64,000 nt of DNA. Source: Candidatus Rokuibacteriota bacterium. GTDB lineage: Bacteria > Methylomirabilota > Methylomirabilia > Rokubacteriales > CSP1-6. A program made the position numbers and the translations under genes. The first letter of the stretch is position 1. Every line of letters begins with the position of its first letter. The DNA lies in assembly GCA_016184305.1 (NCBI GenBank), contig JACPCX010000176.1:6606-70605 (forward strand), written 5' to 3'. The notes under the pieces are model-generated. The model made no database searches, was not told where the DNA came from, and worked only from the letters and a program-made list of their open reading frames with translations. Shown piece by piece: positions 38,272 to 47,801 of this stretch.

Positions 38272-39201
38272 ATGACGAACGACTTCCGTTTCCAGGGCTG
38301 CATGCCCGCCAACCTGCTGCCCTTCCGCGCCGACCTCGAGATCGACGAGGCCGCCTACCGCAAGCACCTGCGCTGGCTCGCCGACGCTCGCGGCGTCACC
38401 GCCATCGTCGCCAATGGTCACGCGGCCGAGGTCTCCTCCCTCTCGCGGGAAGAGCGGAGGCGGACACTGGCGCTCGCGCTCGACGAGGTGGCGGGCAAGG
38501 TCCCGATCATCGCGGGCGTCTATGCCGACGGCACGCAGGAGGCTCTCGAGCTCGCGCGGGACGCGCGGGCTGCGGGCGCCGCCGGCCTCCTGGTCTTCCC
38601 CCCGACCATCTTCATGTGGGGGGCCCAGGTGAAGCCCGACATGGTGCTCCGCCACTTCTCGGAGCTGGCCGACCGGGTGGATCTCCCCCTGATCGTCTTC
38701 GAGTACCCGCCCGCCTCCGGCATCGGCTACAGCCCCGAGACGCTCGGCGCCCTCTGCAAGATCCCCTCCGTGGTGGGCGTCAAGGACTGGTCCAACGACA
38801 TCGTCGCCTACGAGAAGAATCTCCGCGCGCTGCGCGCCTCGGGGCGGCCCGTGGCCATGCTCTCGTCGTTCACGATGTCGCTCATGGCCACGTTCCTCGT
38901 GGGCGCCGACGGCTGCATCTCCGGCATGGGGAGCGTGGCGGCCGATCTGCAGGCCGAGCTCTTCGCCGCCGTCCAGGCAGGAGACCTGGCGGGGGCCCGC
39001 CGGGTGAACGAGCGGCTGGCTCCGCTGGTGGCGGTGTTCTACGCGCCGCCCTTCGTGGACATGCACAACCGAATGAAAGAAGCGCTCGCCATCCTGGGGC
39101 GCATCCCGGCCGCGCATGTGCGTCCCCCGCTCACGCCGGTCTCCGAGGAGGAGCGCCACCGCATCCGCCTCGCGCTACGGGAGGCGCGGCTCCTCACCTG
39201 A
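38272..39201 (+). CDS. Dihydrodipicolinate synthase/N-acetylneuraminate lyase family (DapA-like) aldolase
   Basis: 309 aa. ...GVTAIVANGHAAEVSSLSREER...PIIAGV...VVGVKDWS (class I aldolase Lys region). Substrate unknown. Confidence 0.75.
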   Translation: MTNDFRFQGCMPANLLPFRADLEIDEAAYRKHLRWLADARGVTAIVANGHAAEVSSLSREERRRTLALALDEVAGKVPIIAGVYADGTQEALELARDARAAGAAGLLVFPPTIFMWGAQVKPDMVLRHFSELADRVDLPLIVFEYPPASGIGYSPETLGALCKIPSVVGVKDWSNDIVAYEKNLRALRASGRPVAMLSSFTMSLMATFLVGADGCISGMGSVAADLQAELFAAVQAGDLAGARRVNERLAPLVAVFYAPPFVDMHNRMKEALAILGRIPAAHVRPPLTPVSEEERHRIRLALREARLLT

Positions 39202-39248
39202 TCACGCGAGCAGGGAGTCGACCTGGCCATGTCCGCCCACTGGCGCGC

Positions 39249-39278
39249 TTGAATCCCGACGCCTCGGACCATTAGAAT
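39249..39278 (+). promoter_or_regulatory. Promoter candidate TTGAAT-18 nt-TAGAAT. It predicts a leaderless transcript starting at the antitoxin ATG (39286).
   Basis: -35 at 39249-39254 and -10 at 39273-39278. The ATG lies 8 nt downstream and there is no SD. Confidence 0.4.
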
Positions 39279-39285
39279 CGCCAAT

Positions 39286-39522
39286 ATGAAGACTATTGCG
39301 GTCACCATCGACGAGAGTACCCTGCAGCGCCTCGACGAGCTGGCCGCGGCCTCCCCACGTCACCGCAGCCGCTCCGTCCTGGTGCGCGCCGCGGTCAGGG
39401 ACTTCGTCGAGCGGGAGCGGCAGCGTGCCATCGAGGAGCGCGAGAGCGCCATCCTCCGCAGGCACAAGCTCCGCCTCGCGCGCCAGGCGAAGGCCTTGCT
39501 CGCCCAGCAAGCGCGCACGTGA
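39286..39522 (+). CDS. Ribbon-helix-helix (CopG/MazE-like) antitoxin
   Basis: MKTIAVTIDESTLQRLDELA...RSRSVLVRAAVRDFVERE is an RHH pattern. GTGA overlap with the downstream toxin. Confidence 0.7.
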   Translation: MKTIAVTIDESTLQRLDELAAASPRHRSRSVLVRAAVRDFVERERQRAIEERESAILRRHKLRLARQAKALLAQQART

Positions 39523-39857
39523 GACGCGGGGAGATCTATCGCACTCGCGAACGGATCCCCGAGCGCGGCGGCAAGCCCGGCTTCTACGTGGTCGTCTCCC
39601 GAACGTTCATCGCCGACCACGAAGACGTGTCCACCGTCATCTGCGCGCCCATCTACAGCGAGATCCTGGGCCTGACCACGGAGGTCGTCCTCGGGCCGGG
39701 CGATGGACTCCCGCGGACCTGTGCCGTGCGCTGCGACTTCCTCACCTTGATGTTCAAGACCAAGCTGACCCAGTTCGTGGCCGACATCTCCCCCGCGAAG
39801 CTGAACGAACTGAATCGGGCGTTGGCGGCGGCGCTCGAGCTTCCGGCGGCGCGGTGA
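39519..39857 (+). CDS. mazF: MazF/PemK-family type II toxin (endoribonuclease)
   Basis: MRRGEIY......GKPGFYVVVS...VICAPIYSE.....EVVLGP.DGLPR.CAVRCD.L is a PemK-like SH3 barrel pattern. Confidence 0.8.
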   Translation: MRRGEIYRTRERIPERGGKPGFYVVVSRTFIADHEDVSTVICAPIYSEILGLTTEVVLGPGDGLPRTCAVRCDFLTLMFKTKLTQFVADISPAKLNELNRALAAALELPAAR

Positions 39858-39925
39858 CGCCCGCGGATCGAACCAAGCTCGCAAAGGAACGAGCATCACC
39901 AGAGCCGGGAAGGCGGTAGCGCAGG

Positions 39926-41575
39926 ATGCCGGCGAGATCGGGCAGGACCAAGCGGAAGTCCAAGACGCCCAAGCCGAATGGCGGTGGCCACGCGGACCTG
40001 ATCCGCCAGCTCTGGGAAGCCGCCGTCCATCTCCGCGGCTCCATCGAGCCCGCCGACTACAAGCGGTATGTCCTGCCCATCATCTTCCTGCGCTTCCTCT
40101 CCCTCCGGTACGAGCGCCGCCGCCACGAGCTGGAGCGGATGACCCGGGAGCCGCGCTCCGGGTACTACACGAAGAATGCAAAGCAGGCCGCCGCCATCCT
40201 GGAAGACCCGGACGAGTACCGGTCGGTGGGCGCCTTCATCGTGCCCAAGGCGGCCCGCTGGGAGGAAATCGTCAAGCACGCCCAGGCCGACGACATCAAG
40301 GTGCGGCTGGACCACGCCCTCGAGGCGCTCGAGAAGGCCTACCCTGACAAGCTCCGGGGCCTCCTGCCGCGGACCTACGCCGGCTCCAACCTGGAGCGCG
40401 AGGGCGTCACCGGGCTCATCAACCTCTTCGCCAAGGACGTGTTCAAGGAAGACCATGGCGGCGAGGACCTCATCGGCAGGGTTTACGAGTACTTCATCGG
40501 CGAGTTCGCCTCCTCCGAGGGCAAGCGGGGCGGCGAGTACTTCACCCCGGTGAGCATCGTCCGCACCCTGGTGGCCATGCTGGCGCCCGAGGAGGGCATC
40601 GTCCTCGATCCCTGCTGCGGCTCGGGCGGCATGTTCGTCCAGTCTGACCTCTTCACCCGGCACAGCCATCGCCTCTCCTTCGTGGGCCAGGAGTCCAAGG
40701 ACTTCACCTACCGGCTCTGCCGGATGAACCTCTTCATCCACGGGCTGGACGGCAATATCCAGCTTGGCAACTCCTTCATCGACGACAGGCACGCGACGGT
40801 CAAGGCCGACTACGTGCTGGCCAATCCGCCCTTCAACGACGGCTCCAAGAGCGAGAACGGCTGGGGCGCCGACCGCCTCCCCGACACGGACCTCCGCCTC
40901 GTCGTGAGTGGGCAGCGGATGCCGCTCTCCCCACGCAACGCCAACACCATGTGGATCCTCCACTTCCTCCATCACCTCAGGGAAGGCGGCACGGCGGGCT
41001 TCGTGATGGCGACGGGGGAGCTGAGCAACGGCGAGACCGCCCGCCTCGAGGTGCGCAAGGCCCTGGTGGAGCAGGGACACGTGGACTGCATCGTCCAGCT
41101 CACCGGCCAGCTCTTCGCCAACACCCAGATCCCCTGCGCGCTCTGGTTCCTGGCGAAGAATCGGGACGGTCAGGGTGGCTTCCGCCCCCGCCAGGGCGAG
41201 ATCCTTTTCATCGACGGCCGCAGGCTCGGCTCGCTCATCCCCGGCTCCCGCAAGCAGAAACAGCTCGCGGACGAGGAGATCCGGCGCATCGCCTCCGTCT
41301 ACCGCGCCTACTGCGCCGAGGCCCGCCCTCCGGACGTCCCCGGCTTCTGCCGGGTGGCCCCCCTCGACGAGGTGCGCGGCCACACCTACGCCCTCGCCCC
41401 CGGCCGCTACGTGGGCGCCGAAGACGGCTCCGACGACGACGAGCCCCTCGAGGACAAGCTCCCGCGGCTGGTCAAGCAGCTCGAGGAGCAGTTCGCGCGG
41501 TCGGCGGAGCTGGAGCGTGCCATCCGGCGAAACCTCCAGGCCCTCATCTGCGACGGAGTGGAGCGCCAGGCTTGA
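39926..41575 (+). CDS. hsdM: Type I restriction-modification system DNA methyltransferase subunit HsdM
   Basis: HsdM_N (LWEAAVHLRGSIEPADYKRYVLPIIFLRFLS), SAM motif LDPCCGSGGMF, catalytic VLANPPFN. Confidence 0.9.
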   Translation: MPARSGRTKRKSKTPKPNGGGHADLIRQLWEAAVHLRGSIEPADYKRYVLPIIFLRFLSLRYERRRHELERMTREPRSGYYTKNAKQAAAILEDPDEYRSVGAFIVPKAARWEEIVKHAQADDIKVRLDHALEALEKAYPDKLRGLLPRTYAGSNLEREGVTGLINLFAKDVFKEDHGGEDLIGRVYEYFIGEFASSEGKRGGEYFTPVSIVRTLVAMLAPEEGIVLDPCCGSGGMFVQSDLFTRHSHRLSFVGQESKDFTYRLCRMNLFIHGLDGNIQLGNSFIDDRHATVKADYVLANPPFNDGSKSENGWGADRLPDTDLRLVVSGQRMPLSPRNANTMWILHFLHHLREGGTAGFVMATGELSNGETARLEVRKALVEQGHVDCIVQLTGQLFANTQIPCALWFLAKNRDGQGGFRPRQGEILFIDGRRLGSLIPGSRKQKQLADEEIRRIASVYRAYCAEARPPDVPGFCRVAPLDEVRGHTYALAPGRYVGAEDGSDDDEPLEDKLPRLVKQLEEQFARSAELERAIRRNLQALICDGVERQA

Positions 41576-41633
41576 GATCACGATCCCGTGACCTCAGAGC
41601 GAACTTCGAGGTCGCACACACTGCGGCGGGACG

Positions 41634-42998
41634 GTGATGGACGTGAGCCCATCCCCGCAGTTCTGGCAGGCGACAGCCGTGGAGGCTGAGTGGCCCACCT
41701 TCCCGGTCGAGGAGCTGCAGCGTCGAGGGTGGCTGTTCGTGGAGGATGGCAATCACGGGGAGTCCCGACCCCTGCCCCACGAGTTCGGCTCGGGCTCCAC
41801 CGCGTTCATCCGAGCCGCCGACATTGACTACGGTCGCGTCCTCTTCGAGACGGCGGAGTGCATCAACGACACCGCCCTGGCCAGGATCCGCAAGGGGGTG
41901 GGGCGCGGCGGCGACGTCCTCTTCTCTCACAAGGGAACCGTCGGCAAGCTGGCGTTGGTCCCGCTCGATGCCCCCCCGTTCGTCTGTTCCCCGCAGACGA
42001 CGTTCTGGCGGACTCTCGACCCGACTCGACTGGACCGTCAGTTCCTCTTCTCGTTCATGCGCTCGAAACCCTTCGCGGACCAGTGGTTCTCTCGCAAGGG
42101 CGAGACCGACATGGCCGACTACGTGAGCCTCACCGCCCAGCGAGGGTGTTCCGTCCCGGTCCCTCCGATCGAGCAGCAGCACGCCATCGGCCGCGTCCTC
42201 GGTGCGCTCGACGACAAGATCGAGCTGAATCGCCAGATGAACCGGACGTTGGAGGCGATGGCCCAGGCGATCTTCAGGTCCTGGTTCGTGGACTGTGATC
42301 CGGTCGCCGCCAAGACCGCCGGCCGCCAGCCCTTCGGCATGGACAGCGAGATTGCGGGCCTCTTCCCTGATCGCGTCCGTGACTCCCACATGGGCCCGCT
42401 CCCGGACGGTTGGATCCCAACGACCATCGCCGGGATCGCCGGCTACGTGAATGGCCGTAACTTCACGGCTGGCGCAACGGGGCGAGGACGGATGGTCATA
42501 CGGATCGCCGAGTTGAACTCGGGTCCGGGTCCGTCAACGGTCTACACGGAAGCGGATGCACCACCCGCCCACATCGCCCAACCGGGTGACCTGCTCTTCG
42601 CATGGTCCGGGTCCCTGGGGATCTATCGTTGGTGGCGTGACGATGCATTGATTAACCAACACGTCTTCAAGGTGGTGTGCGAACGATTGCCTCAATGGTT
42701 CGTCCATTGGCACTTGAGGGAGGCGCTTCCGTTCTTCCAGAGCATTGCAGCCGAGAAGGCAACAACCATGGGGCACATCAAGCGGGAACACCTGGCCCAG
42801 TGGGATCTCGCCATCCCATCACGCGGCATGCTTCAGGCCGCCGACCGCATCCTGGGTCCCCGATACAACCGCATCTTCGAGAACGAAAGAGAGTCTCTGG
42901 TGCTGGCTGATCTCGGGGTGTTGCTCCTGGCTGGACTGCTCTCCGGTGAGATCCGGGTCCGGGAGGCGGAGAAGCTGGTGGTTCAGGCGGGTGCCTGA
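41634..42998 (+). CDS. hsdS: Type I restriction-modification specificity subunit HsdS (two TRDs)
   Basis: Two Methylase_S halves. Central conserved helix LGALDDKIELNRQMNRTLEAMAQAIFRSWFVD, and distal helix ...RYNRIFENERESLVLADLGVLLLAGLLSGEIRV. Confidence 0.85.
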   Translation: MMDVSPSPQFWQATAVEAEWPTFPVEELQRRGWLFVEDGNHGESRPLPHEFGSGSTAFIRAADIDYGRVLFETAECINDTALARIRKGVGRGGDVLFSHKGTVGKLALVPLDAPPFVCSPQTTFWRTLDPTRLDRQFLFSFMRSKPFADQWFSRKGETDMADYVSLTAQRGCSVPVPPIEQQHAIGRVLGALDDKIELNRQMNRTLEAMAQAIFRSWFVDCDPVAAKTAGRQPFGMDSEIAGLFPDRVRDSHMGPLPDGWIPTTIAGIAGYVNGRNFTAGATGRGRMVIRIAELNSGPGPSTVYTEADAPPAHIAQPGDLLFAWSGSLGIYRWWRDDALINQHVFKVVCERLPQWFVHWHLREALPFFQSIAAEKATTMGHIKREHLAQWDLAIPSRGMLQAADRILGPRYNRIFENERESLVLADLGVLLLAGLLSGEIRVREAEKLVVQAGA

Positions 42999-43100
42999 GA
43001 TCAGCCGGTTCTGTCGAGGACGCCCCCAACCAGATCGCGCATGACCGCCACGACCGATGTCGGGTTGCACGGGCGCGGGCGGTAGCGTATAGATGGCGCC

Positions 43101-43610
43101 ATGACACCAGGCGAGCGGGCCCGACTGATAGACCAGTACGCCGCGGGGCCCGCGCGCCTGCGCGCGGCGCTCGCCACGGTCCCCGCGGAGGCGATGACAT
43201 GGCGTCCGGCGCTGGGCGAGTGGTCGGCCCACGAGGTCATCCTCCACTGCGCCGACAGCGAGACGACCTCCTGCGTGCGGCTGCGCTTCCTCCTCGCCGA
43301 GCCCGAGCCCGTGCTGGTCGGGTATGATCAGGAGCGCTGGGCCGTGGCGCTCGACTACCACCGCCTTCCCGTCGAGCCCGCGCTGGCCGCGGTCGAGGCC
43401 GTGCGCGCGAACACAATGCCGCTGCTCCGCCGGCTCCCCGAGGAGGCCTGGCAGCGCGCGGGGCGCCACACCGACTCGGGCGCCTATGGCATGCTGGACT
43501 GGCTGCGGATCTACGCCGAGCACCTCGAGGGCCATAGCCGGCAGATCGAACAGAACCTCGCGGCGTGGCGCTCGCGCGAGCTGGTGCCAGGACCCTTGCG
43601 CCAGACCTGA
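43101..43610 (+). CDS. DinB-family (DinB_2) metal-dependent protein
   Basis: ...W.P..GEWSAHEVILHCADSE...YAEHLEGHSRQI is a four-helix DinB His triad pattern. Confidence 0.7.
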   Translation: MTPGERARLIDQYAAGPARLRAALATVPAEAMTWRPALGEWSAHEVILHCADSETTSCVRLRFLLAEPEPVLVGYDQERWAVALDYHRLPVEPALAAVEAVRANTMPLLRRLPEEAWQRAGRHTDSGAYGMLDWLRIYAEHLEGHSRQIEQNLAAWRSRELVPGPLRQT

Positions 43611-43657
43611 CGCCTAAGGTATAAGGGTCCCACGTCTTCACCCTTCAACGAGGCCCG

Positions 43658-44989
43658 ATGCCACAACGCGCAGGCCGCAGTCCCGAAGAAGACGCGCTCC
43701 TCGAGAAGGCCGCCCGGCTCCTGCCCGGCGGGGTGCTGGGCGGCTACTCCGTCCCGCGTGAACTGTCGTTCATCGTGCGGGAGGGGCGGGGCCCGCGCCT
43801 CTACGACGTCTCCGGACGGGAGTACGTCGACTACATCCTGGGCTCGGGCCCCCTCGTGCTCGGCCACGCGCATCCCGCCGTCATGGCCGCGGTGGAGCGG
43901 CAGCTCAGCCGGGGCACGACCTACTTCCAGCTCAGCGAGCCCACGCTCGAGCTCGCCGAGGAGATCTGCCGCGCCGTGCCCTGCGCCGAGCAGGTCCGCT
44001 TCACCTCCTCGGGCAGCGAGGCCACGTTCTTCGCCCTCCGCATCGCCCGCGCCTTCATGAAGAAGGACAAGATCCTGAAGTTCGAGGGCGGCTTCCACGG
44101 CACTCACGACTACTCGCTGATGAGCGTCGGCCCACGGTCGCCCAAGGCCTTCCCCGCCCCGACGCCCGACTCGGCCGGCATTCCCCACGCCATCCAGGAC
44201 AACGTCCTCGTCGCCCCGTTCAACGATCTCGCCGAGACGGAGGCGATCCTCGCCGCCCACCACCAGGATCTGGCCGCGGTGATCATGGAGCCCTTCCAGC
44301 GGCTCATCGCGCCGCAGCGGGAGTTCCTCCGCGGCGTGCGCGAGATCACGCGCCGTCACGGCATCCCCCTCATCTTCGACGAGATCGTCACGGGCTTCCG
44401 TTTCGCCTACGGCGGGGCTCAGGAGTACTACGGCGTGGTCCCCGATCTGGTCGCTCTCGGCAAGATCGTCGGCGGCGGCTTCGCCCTGGCCGCCGTCGCC
44501 GGCCGCCGGGACATCATGCGCCACCTGGCGCCGGACCTCGACGGAACGCCCGAGTTCGTCGCCCAGGCCGGCACGCTGAACGGCAATCCCGTGGCGGCGG
44601 CGGCGGGGCTCGCCACGCTCACGGAGCTGCGGAAGCCCGGGACCTACGCGCGGCTCTTCGCCACGGGGGCCCGGGTCAAGGCCGCGCTGGAAGAGGCCGC
44701 CCGCGCGGTGGGGGTCCCCGCCCAGGTGGCCGGCGAGGCGCCGGTGTTCGAGATCTACTTCACCGACCGGCCCATCACCGACTATCGGGCGACGCTCACG
44801 GCCGACCGGCAGCGCCACGCGGTCTTCACCCGCGCGCTGCTCGAGTGGGGTATCGTCAAGGCGAGCCAGAAGTTTTACGTCTCCCTCGCCCACGGCGAGG
44901 AGGATGTCCGGCAGACCACGGCAGCATTCGCCGCGGCGCTGCACGCCGTGGCCGAACAACGACCCGCCAACAGGAGGACGCCCTCATGA
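43658..44989 (+). CDS. Class-III (PLP) aminotransferase, glutamate-1-semialdehyde aminomutase-like
   Basis: G.RLYDVSGREYVDYILGSGPLVLGHAHP...FTSSGSEAT...LIFDEIVTGFR...DLVALGKIVGGG. Confidence 0.85.
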   Translation: MPQRAGRSPEEDALLEKAARLLPGGVLGGYSVPRELSFIVREGRGPRLYDVSGREYVDYILGSGPLVLGHAHPAVMAAVERQLSRGTTYFQLSEPTLELAEEICRAVPCAEQVRFTSSGSEATFFALRIARAFMKKDKILKFEGGFHGTHDYSLMSVGPRSPKAFPAPTPDSAGIPHAIQDNVLVAPFNDLAETEAILAAHHQDLAAVIMEPFQRLIAPQREFLRGVREITRRHGIPLIFDEIVTGFRFAYGGAQEYYGVVPDLVALGKIVGGGFALAAVAGRRDIMRHLAPDLDGTPEFVAQAGTLNGNPVAAAAGLATLTELRKPGTYARLFATGARVKAALEEAARAVGVPAQVAGEAPVFEIYFTDRPITDYRATLTADRQRHAVFTRALLEWGIVKASQKFYVSLAHGEEDVRQTTAAFAAALHAVAEQRPANRRTPS

Positions 44990-46296
44990 GCGAGCGCTGG
45001 ATGGATGAACCTTGGGCCGAGTCCGAGGAGGTCTGGTATAGCGGCAAGGTCACGCGGCGAACGTTGCTCGGCCTCGGCGCCACCGCGGCGGGCGCCCTCG
45101 GCGCGACCATGCTCGTGCCGGCGCCCTGGCGGCACGCCTTCGGCCAGGCCAAGGCCTACAGGGTCGGGACGCTCCAGCCGCTCTCGGGAGCAGCGGCGGC
45201 CGGGGGCAAGACGGCGCTGGTCGGGGTGGAGATGGCGGTGGACCGCGCCAACAAGTCTGGCGGGATCGGCGGCCGACCTGTCGAGCTGATCGTCGCCGAC
45301 TACGAGTCCAAGCCCGACGTCGGCCGGCGCAAGGCCGAGAAGCTCGCCCTCGAGGACAAGATCGACGCCCACGTGGGCGGCTACCTGTCCAACGTGTGCC
45401 TGGCCTGCATGCCGGTGTGGGAGGAGCACAAGATCGTCAACATGATCACGGTGTGCCTCGACACGACCATCACGACCACCAAGTGCAGCCGCTACACCTT
45501 CCGGCCCTTCGACTACGCCCCCGCCCAGGCGGTGGCCTTCGCGCCGTACCTGGTGGGGAAGATGGGCAAGAAGTGGCACATCGTCTACGCCGACTACGCC
45601 TGGGGGCAGTCCACCCGTGACGCCTTCGCCGCGGAGATCAAGAAGAACGGCGGCGAGATGGTCGGCAGCACGGGCATCCCCCTCGGCACGGCCGACATGA
45701 CGCCCTTCCTGTCGAAGATCAGCGGCGGCTTCGACGGGCTCTTCGGCATCTTCTTCGGCGGCCAGGGCATCTCGTTCGTGACCCAGACCTTCGACCTCGG
45801 CATGTCGAAGAAGTACAAGATCGCCGGCGACGGGGCCATGACGCCCTCGGTGAGCCTCCCTGCCATCGGCACCAAGGGCGACGGCTTCACCGGCATCGAC
45901 CGGTACATTCCGGTGCTGGAGGGGCCGCTCAACACGCCCTCCCACAAGAAGTTCTTCGACGACGCGGTGGCGCGACTCAAGGCCATCGACCCGTCGGGCC
46001 CGCTGCCGGACCGCTTCGTGCAGTCCAACTTCGAGGTCTTCAACTTCCTCAAGCTCGGGATCCAGAAGTCGGGCTTCCGCGGACGCGAGGACACGATGAA
46101 GCTCATCGCGGCCCTCGAGGGCATGGAGGTCAAGGAGAGCGACGACTTCCCGCAGGGCGACAAGACGCTGCGCAAGGAGGACCACCAGGCCTTCCTGCGC
46201 GAGTTCATCTACGGCCTGAAGAACGTCAAGCACCGGCTGCTGGAGATCGTGCCGAAGGACAAGACCCTCGTCCCGCCGGCCTGCAAGTTCGCGTAG
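44986..46296 (+). CDS. Branched-chain/aliphatic amino-acid-type ABC substrate-binding protein (Tat signal)
   Basis: ATGA overlap with the aminotransferase, with AGGAGG upstream. RRTLLGLGATAAGAL, then a type I periplasmic binding fold (YRVGTLQPLSGAAAAGG). Confidence 0.85.
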   Translation: MSERWMDEPWAESEEVWYSGKVTRRTLLGLGATAAGALGATMLVPAPWRHAFGQAKAYRVGTLQPLSGAAAAGGKTALVGVEMAVDRANKSGGIGGRPVELIVADYESKPDVGRRKAEKLALEDKIDAHVGGYLSNVCLACMPVWEEHKIVNMITVCLDTTITTTKCSRYTFRPFDYAPAQAVAFAPYLVGKMGKKWHIVYADYAWGQSTRDAFAAEIKKNGGEMVGSTGIPLGTADMTPFLSKISGGFDGLFGIFFGGQGISFVTQTFDLGMSKKYKIAGDGAMTPSVSLPAIGTKGDGFTGIDRYIPVLEGPLNTPSHKKFFDDAVARLKAIDPSGPLPDRFVQSNFEVFNFLKLGIQKSGFRGREDTMKLIAALEGMEVKESDDFPQGDKTLRKEDHQAFLREFIYGLKNVKHRLLEIVPKDKTLVPPACKFA

Positions 46297-46297
46297 C

Positions 46298-47092
46298 GTG
46301 ACGGTGGACCAATCCCGATGGGGCTCGCCGGCGGAGCACGGCCGGAGCGCCTCCTCGGGTCCCATTCTGCGCACCGAGGGGCTCACGATGCGGTTTGGCG
46401 GCCTCGCGGCCGTCAACAACGTGAGCCTCTCGGTCCCGCGAGGCGAGATCCGCGCCATCATCGGTCCCAACGGCGCGGGCAAGAGCACCTTCTTCAACTG
46501 CCTGACCGGCGTCCTCCGGCCCACCGGCGGGCGCGTCCTCCTCGACGGCGAGGATGTGACCGGGCTGCCGCCGAACCGGATTTCCCGCAAGGGCATCGCC
46601 CGCTCGTACCAGCTCACCAACATCATGCCCGGCGCCACCGTGCTCGAGAACGTCCGCATCGCCGCCCAGTCGCGGCAGCATGGCTGGAGCCTGCTGAGCC
46701 ACCACCGCGCCTTCGGCGACCTGATCGCCCGGGCGCAGAGCGTGCTGGAGGCGGTGGCGCTCCGCGAGAAGGCGGGCGAGCTGGCGGCCAACCTCTCGCA
46801 CGGCGAGCAGCGCAACCTGGAGATCGGCATCGCGCTGGCCACCGAGCCCCGGCTCCTGTGCCTCGACGAGCCGACGGCCGGCATGAGCGTCACCGAGACC
46901 CACGCGACGGTGGAGCTCATCCGCCACATCGCGCGTGACCTGACCATCCTCATCGTGGAGCACGACATGGAGGTGGTGATGGGGCTGGCCCAGACCATCA
47001 CCGTGCTCCACTACGGCGAGGTGCTCGCCGAGGGAACGCCCGCCGAGATCCAGGACAACCCGCGGGTGCAGGAGGTCTACCTCAAGACCTGA
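46298..47092 (+). CDS. livG: ABC transporter ATP-binding protein LivG-type
   Basis: LRTEGLTMRFGGLAAVNNVS, Walker A GPNGAGKST, LSHGEQR, LCLDEPTAGM. Confidence 0.85.
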   Translation: MTVDQSRWGSPAEHGRSASSGPILRTEGLTMRFGGLAAVNNVSLSVPRGEIRAIIGPNGAGKSTFFNCLTGVLRPTGGRVLLDGEDVTGLPPNRISRKGIARSYQLTNIMPGATVLENVRIAAQSRQHGWSLLSHHRAFGDLIARAQSVLEAVALREKAGELAANLSHGEQRNLEIGIALATEPRLLCLDEPTAGMSVTETHATVELIRHIARDLTILIVEHDMEVVMGLAQTITVLHYGEVLAEGTPAEIQDNPRVQEVYLKT

Positions 47093-47799
47093 TGCTGACC
47101 CTCACGGAGGTTCACACCTACTACGGCAAGAGCCACATCCTGCTCGGCGTCTCCCTCGAGGTGCAGCCGGGCGAGGTGGTCGGTCTCCTCGGTCGGAACG
47201 GCGTCGGCAAGAGCACCACGCTCAAGACCATCATGGGGCTCGTGCGGCCGTCGGGGGGACACGTGCGCTTCGACGGGCGCGAGATCGCCGGCACGGCGCC
47301 CCACCGCCTCGCTCACGCGGGGCTCGCCTGGGTCCCGGAGGACCGCCGCATCTTCCGCCTCCTCTCGGTCATGGAGAACCTGCGAACGGGGCTCGACCGG
47401 CCGGGAATGACCGAGGCCAGGCGGCGCGAGCTGCTCGACAAGGTGTACGCCCACTTCCCGGTGCTGGCGGAGCGGCGGAGCCAGGCGGGGGGCACGCTGT
47501 CCGGCGGTGAGCAGCAGATGCTGGCCATCGCCCGCGCCATGATGCTCGAGCCCAAGATCATCCTCCTCGACGAGCCGACGGAGGGGCTCATGCCGCGCAT
47601 GGTCGGCCAGATCCGCGAGATCATCAGGCTGCTCCACCAGGACAGCGTGGCGATCCTGCTGGTCGAGCAGAACGTCCCGCTCACCCTGGACGTCAGCGAT
47701 CGCGTCTACATCATGGAGAAGGGTCTGGTCCGCCACCACGCCACGGCCGCCGAGCTGCGGGCCGACCACGCCGTGATCCACCAGTACCTGGGGGTGTAG
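47092..47799 (+). CDS. livF: ABC transporter ATP-binding protein LivF-type
   Basis: GRNGVGKSTT, LSGGEQQMLAIARA, ILLDEPTEGL. TGATG junction with livG. Confidence 0.9.
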   Translation: MLTLTEVHTYYGKSHILLGVSLEVQPGEVVGLLGRNGVGKSTTLKTIMGLVRPSGGHVRFDGREIAGTAPHRLAHAGLAWVPEDRRIFRLLSVMENLRTGLDRPGMTEARRRELLDKVYAHFPVLAERRSQAGGTLSGGEQQMLAIARAMMLEPKIILLDEPTEGLMPRMVGQIREIIRLLHQDSVAILLVEQNVPLTLDVSDRVYIMEKGLVRHHATAAELRADHAVIHQYLGV

Positions 47800-47801
47800 G
47801 C

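Noticed and set aside
39202-43100. The TA/RM islet as a bounded mobile genomic island
   Set aside because: I could find no integrase, transposase, tRNA target or flanking direct repeats. Only hsdS TRD2 shows a compositional shift, so mobility is not supported.
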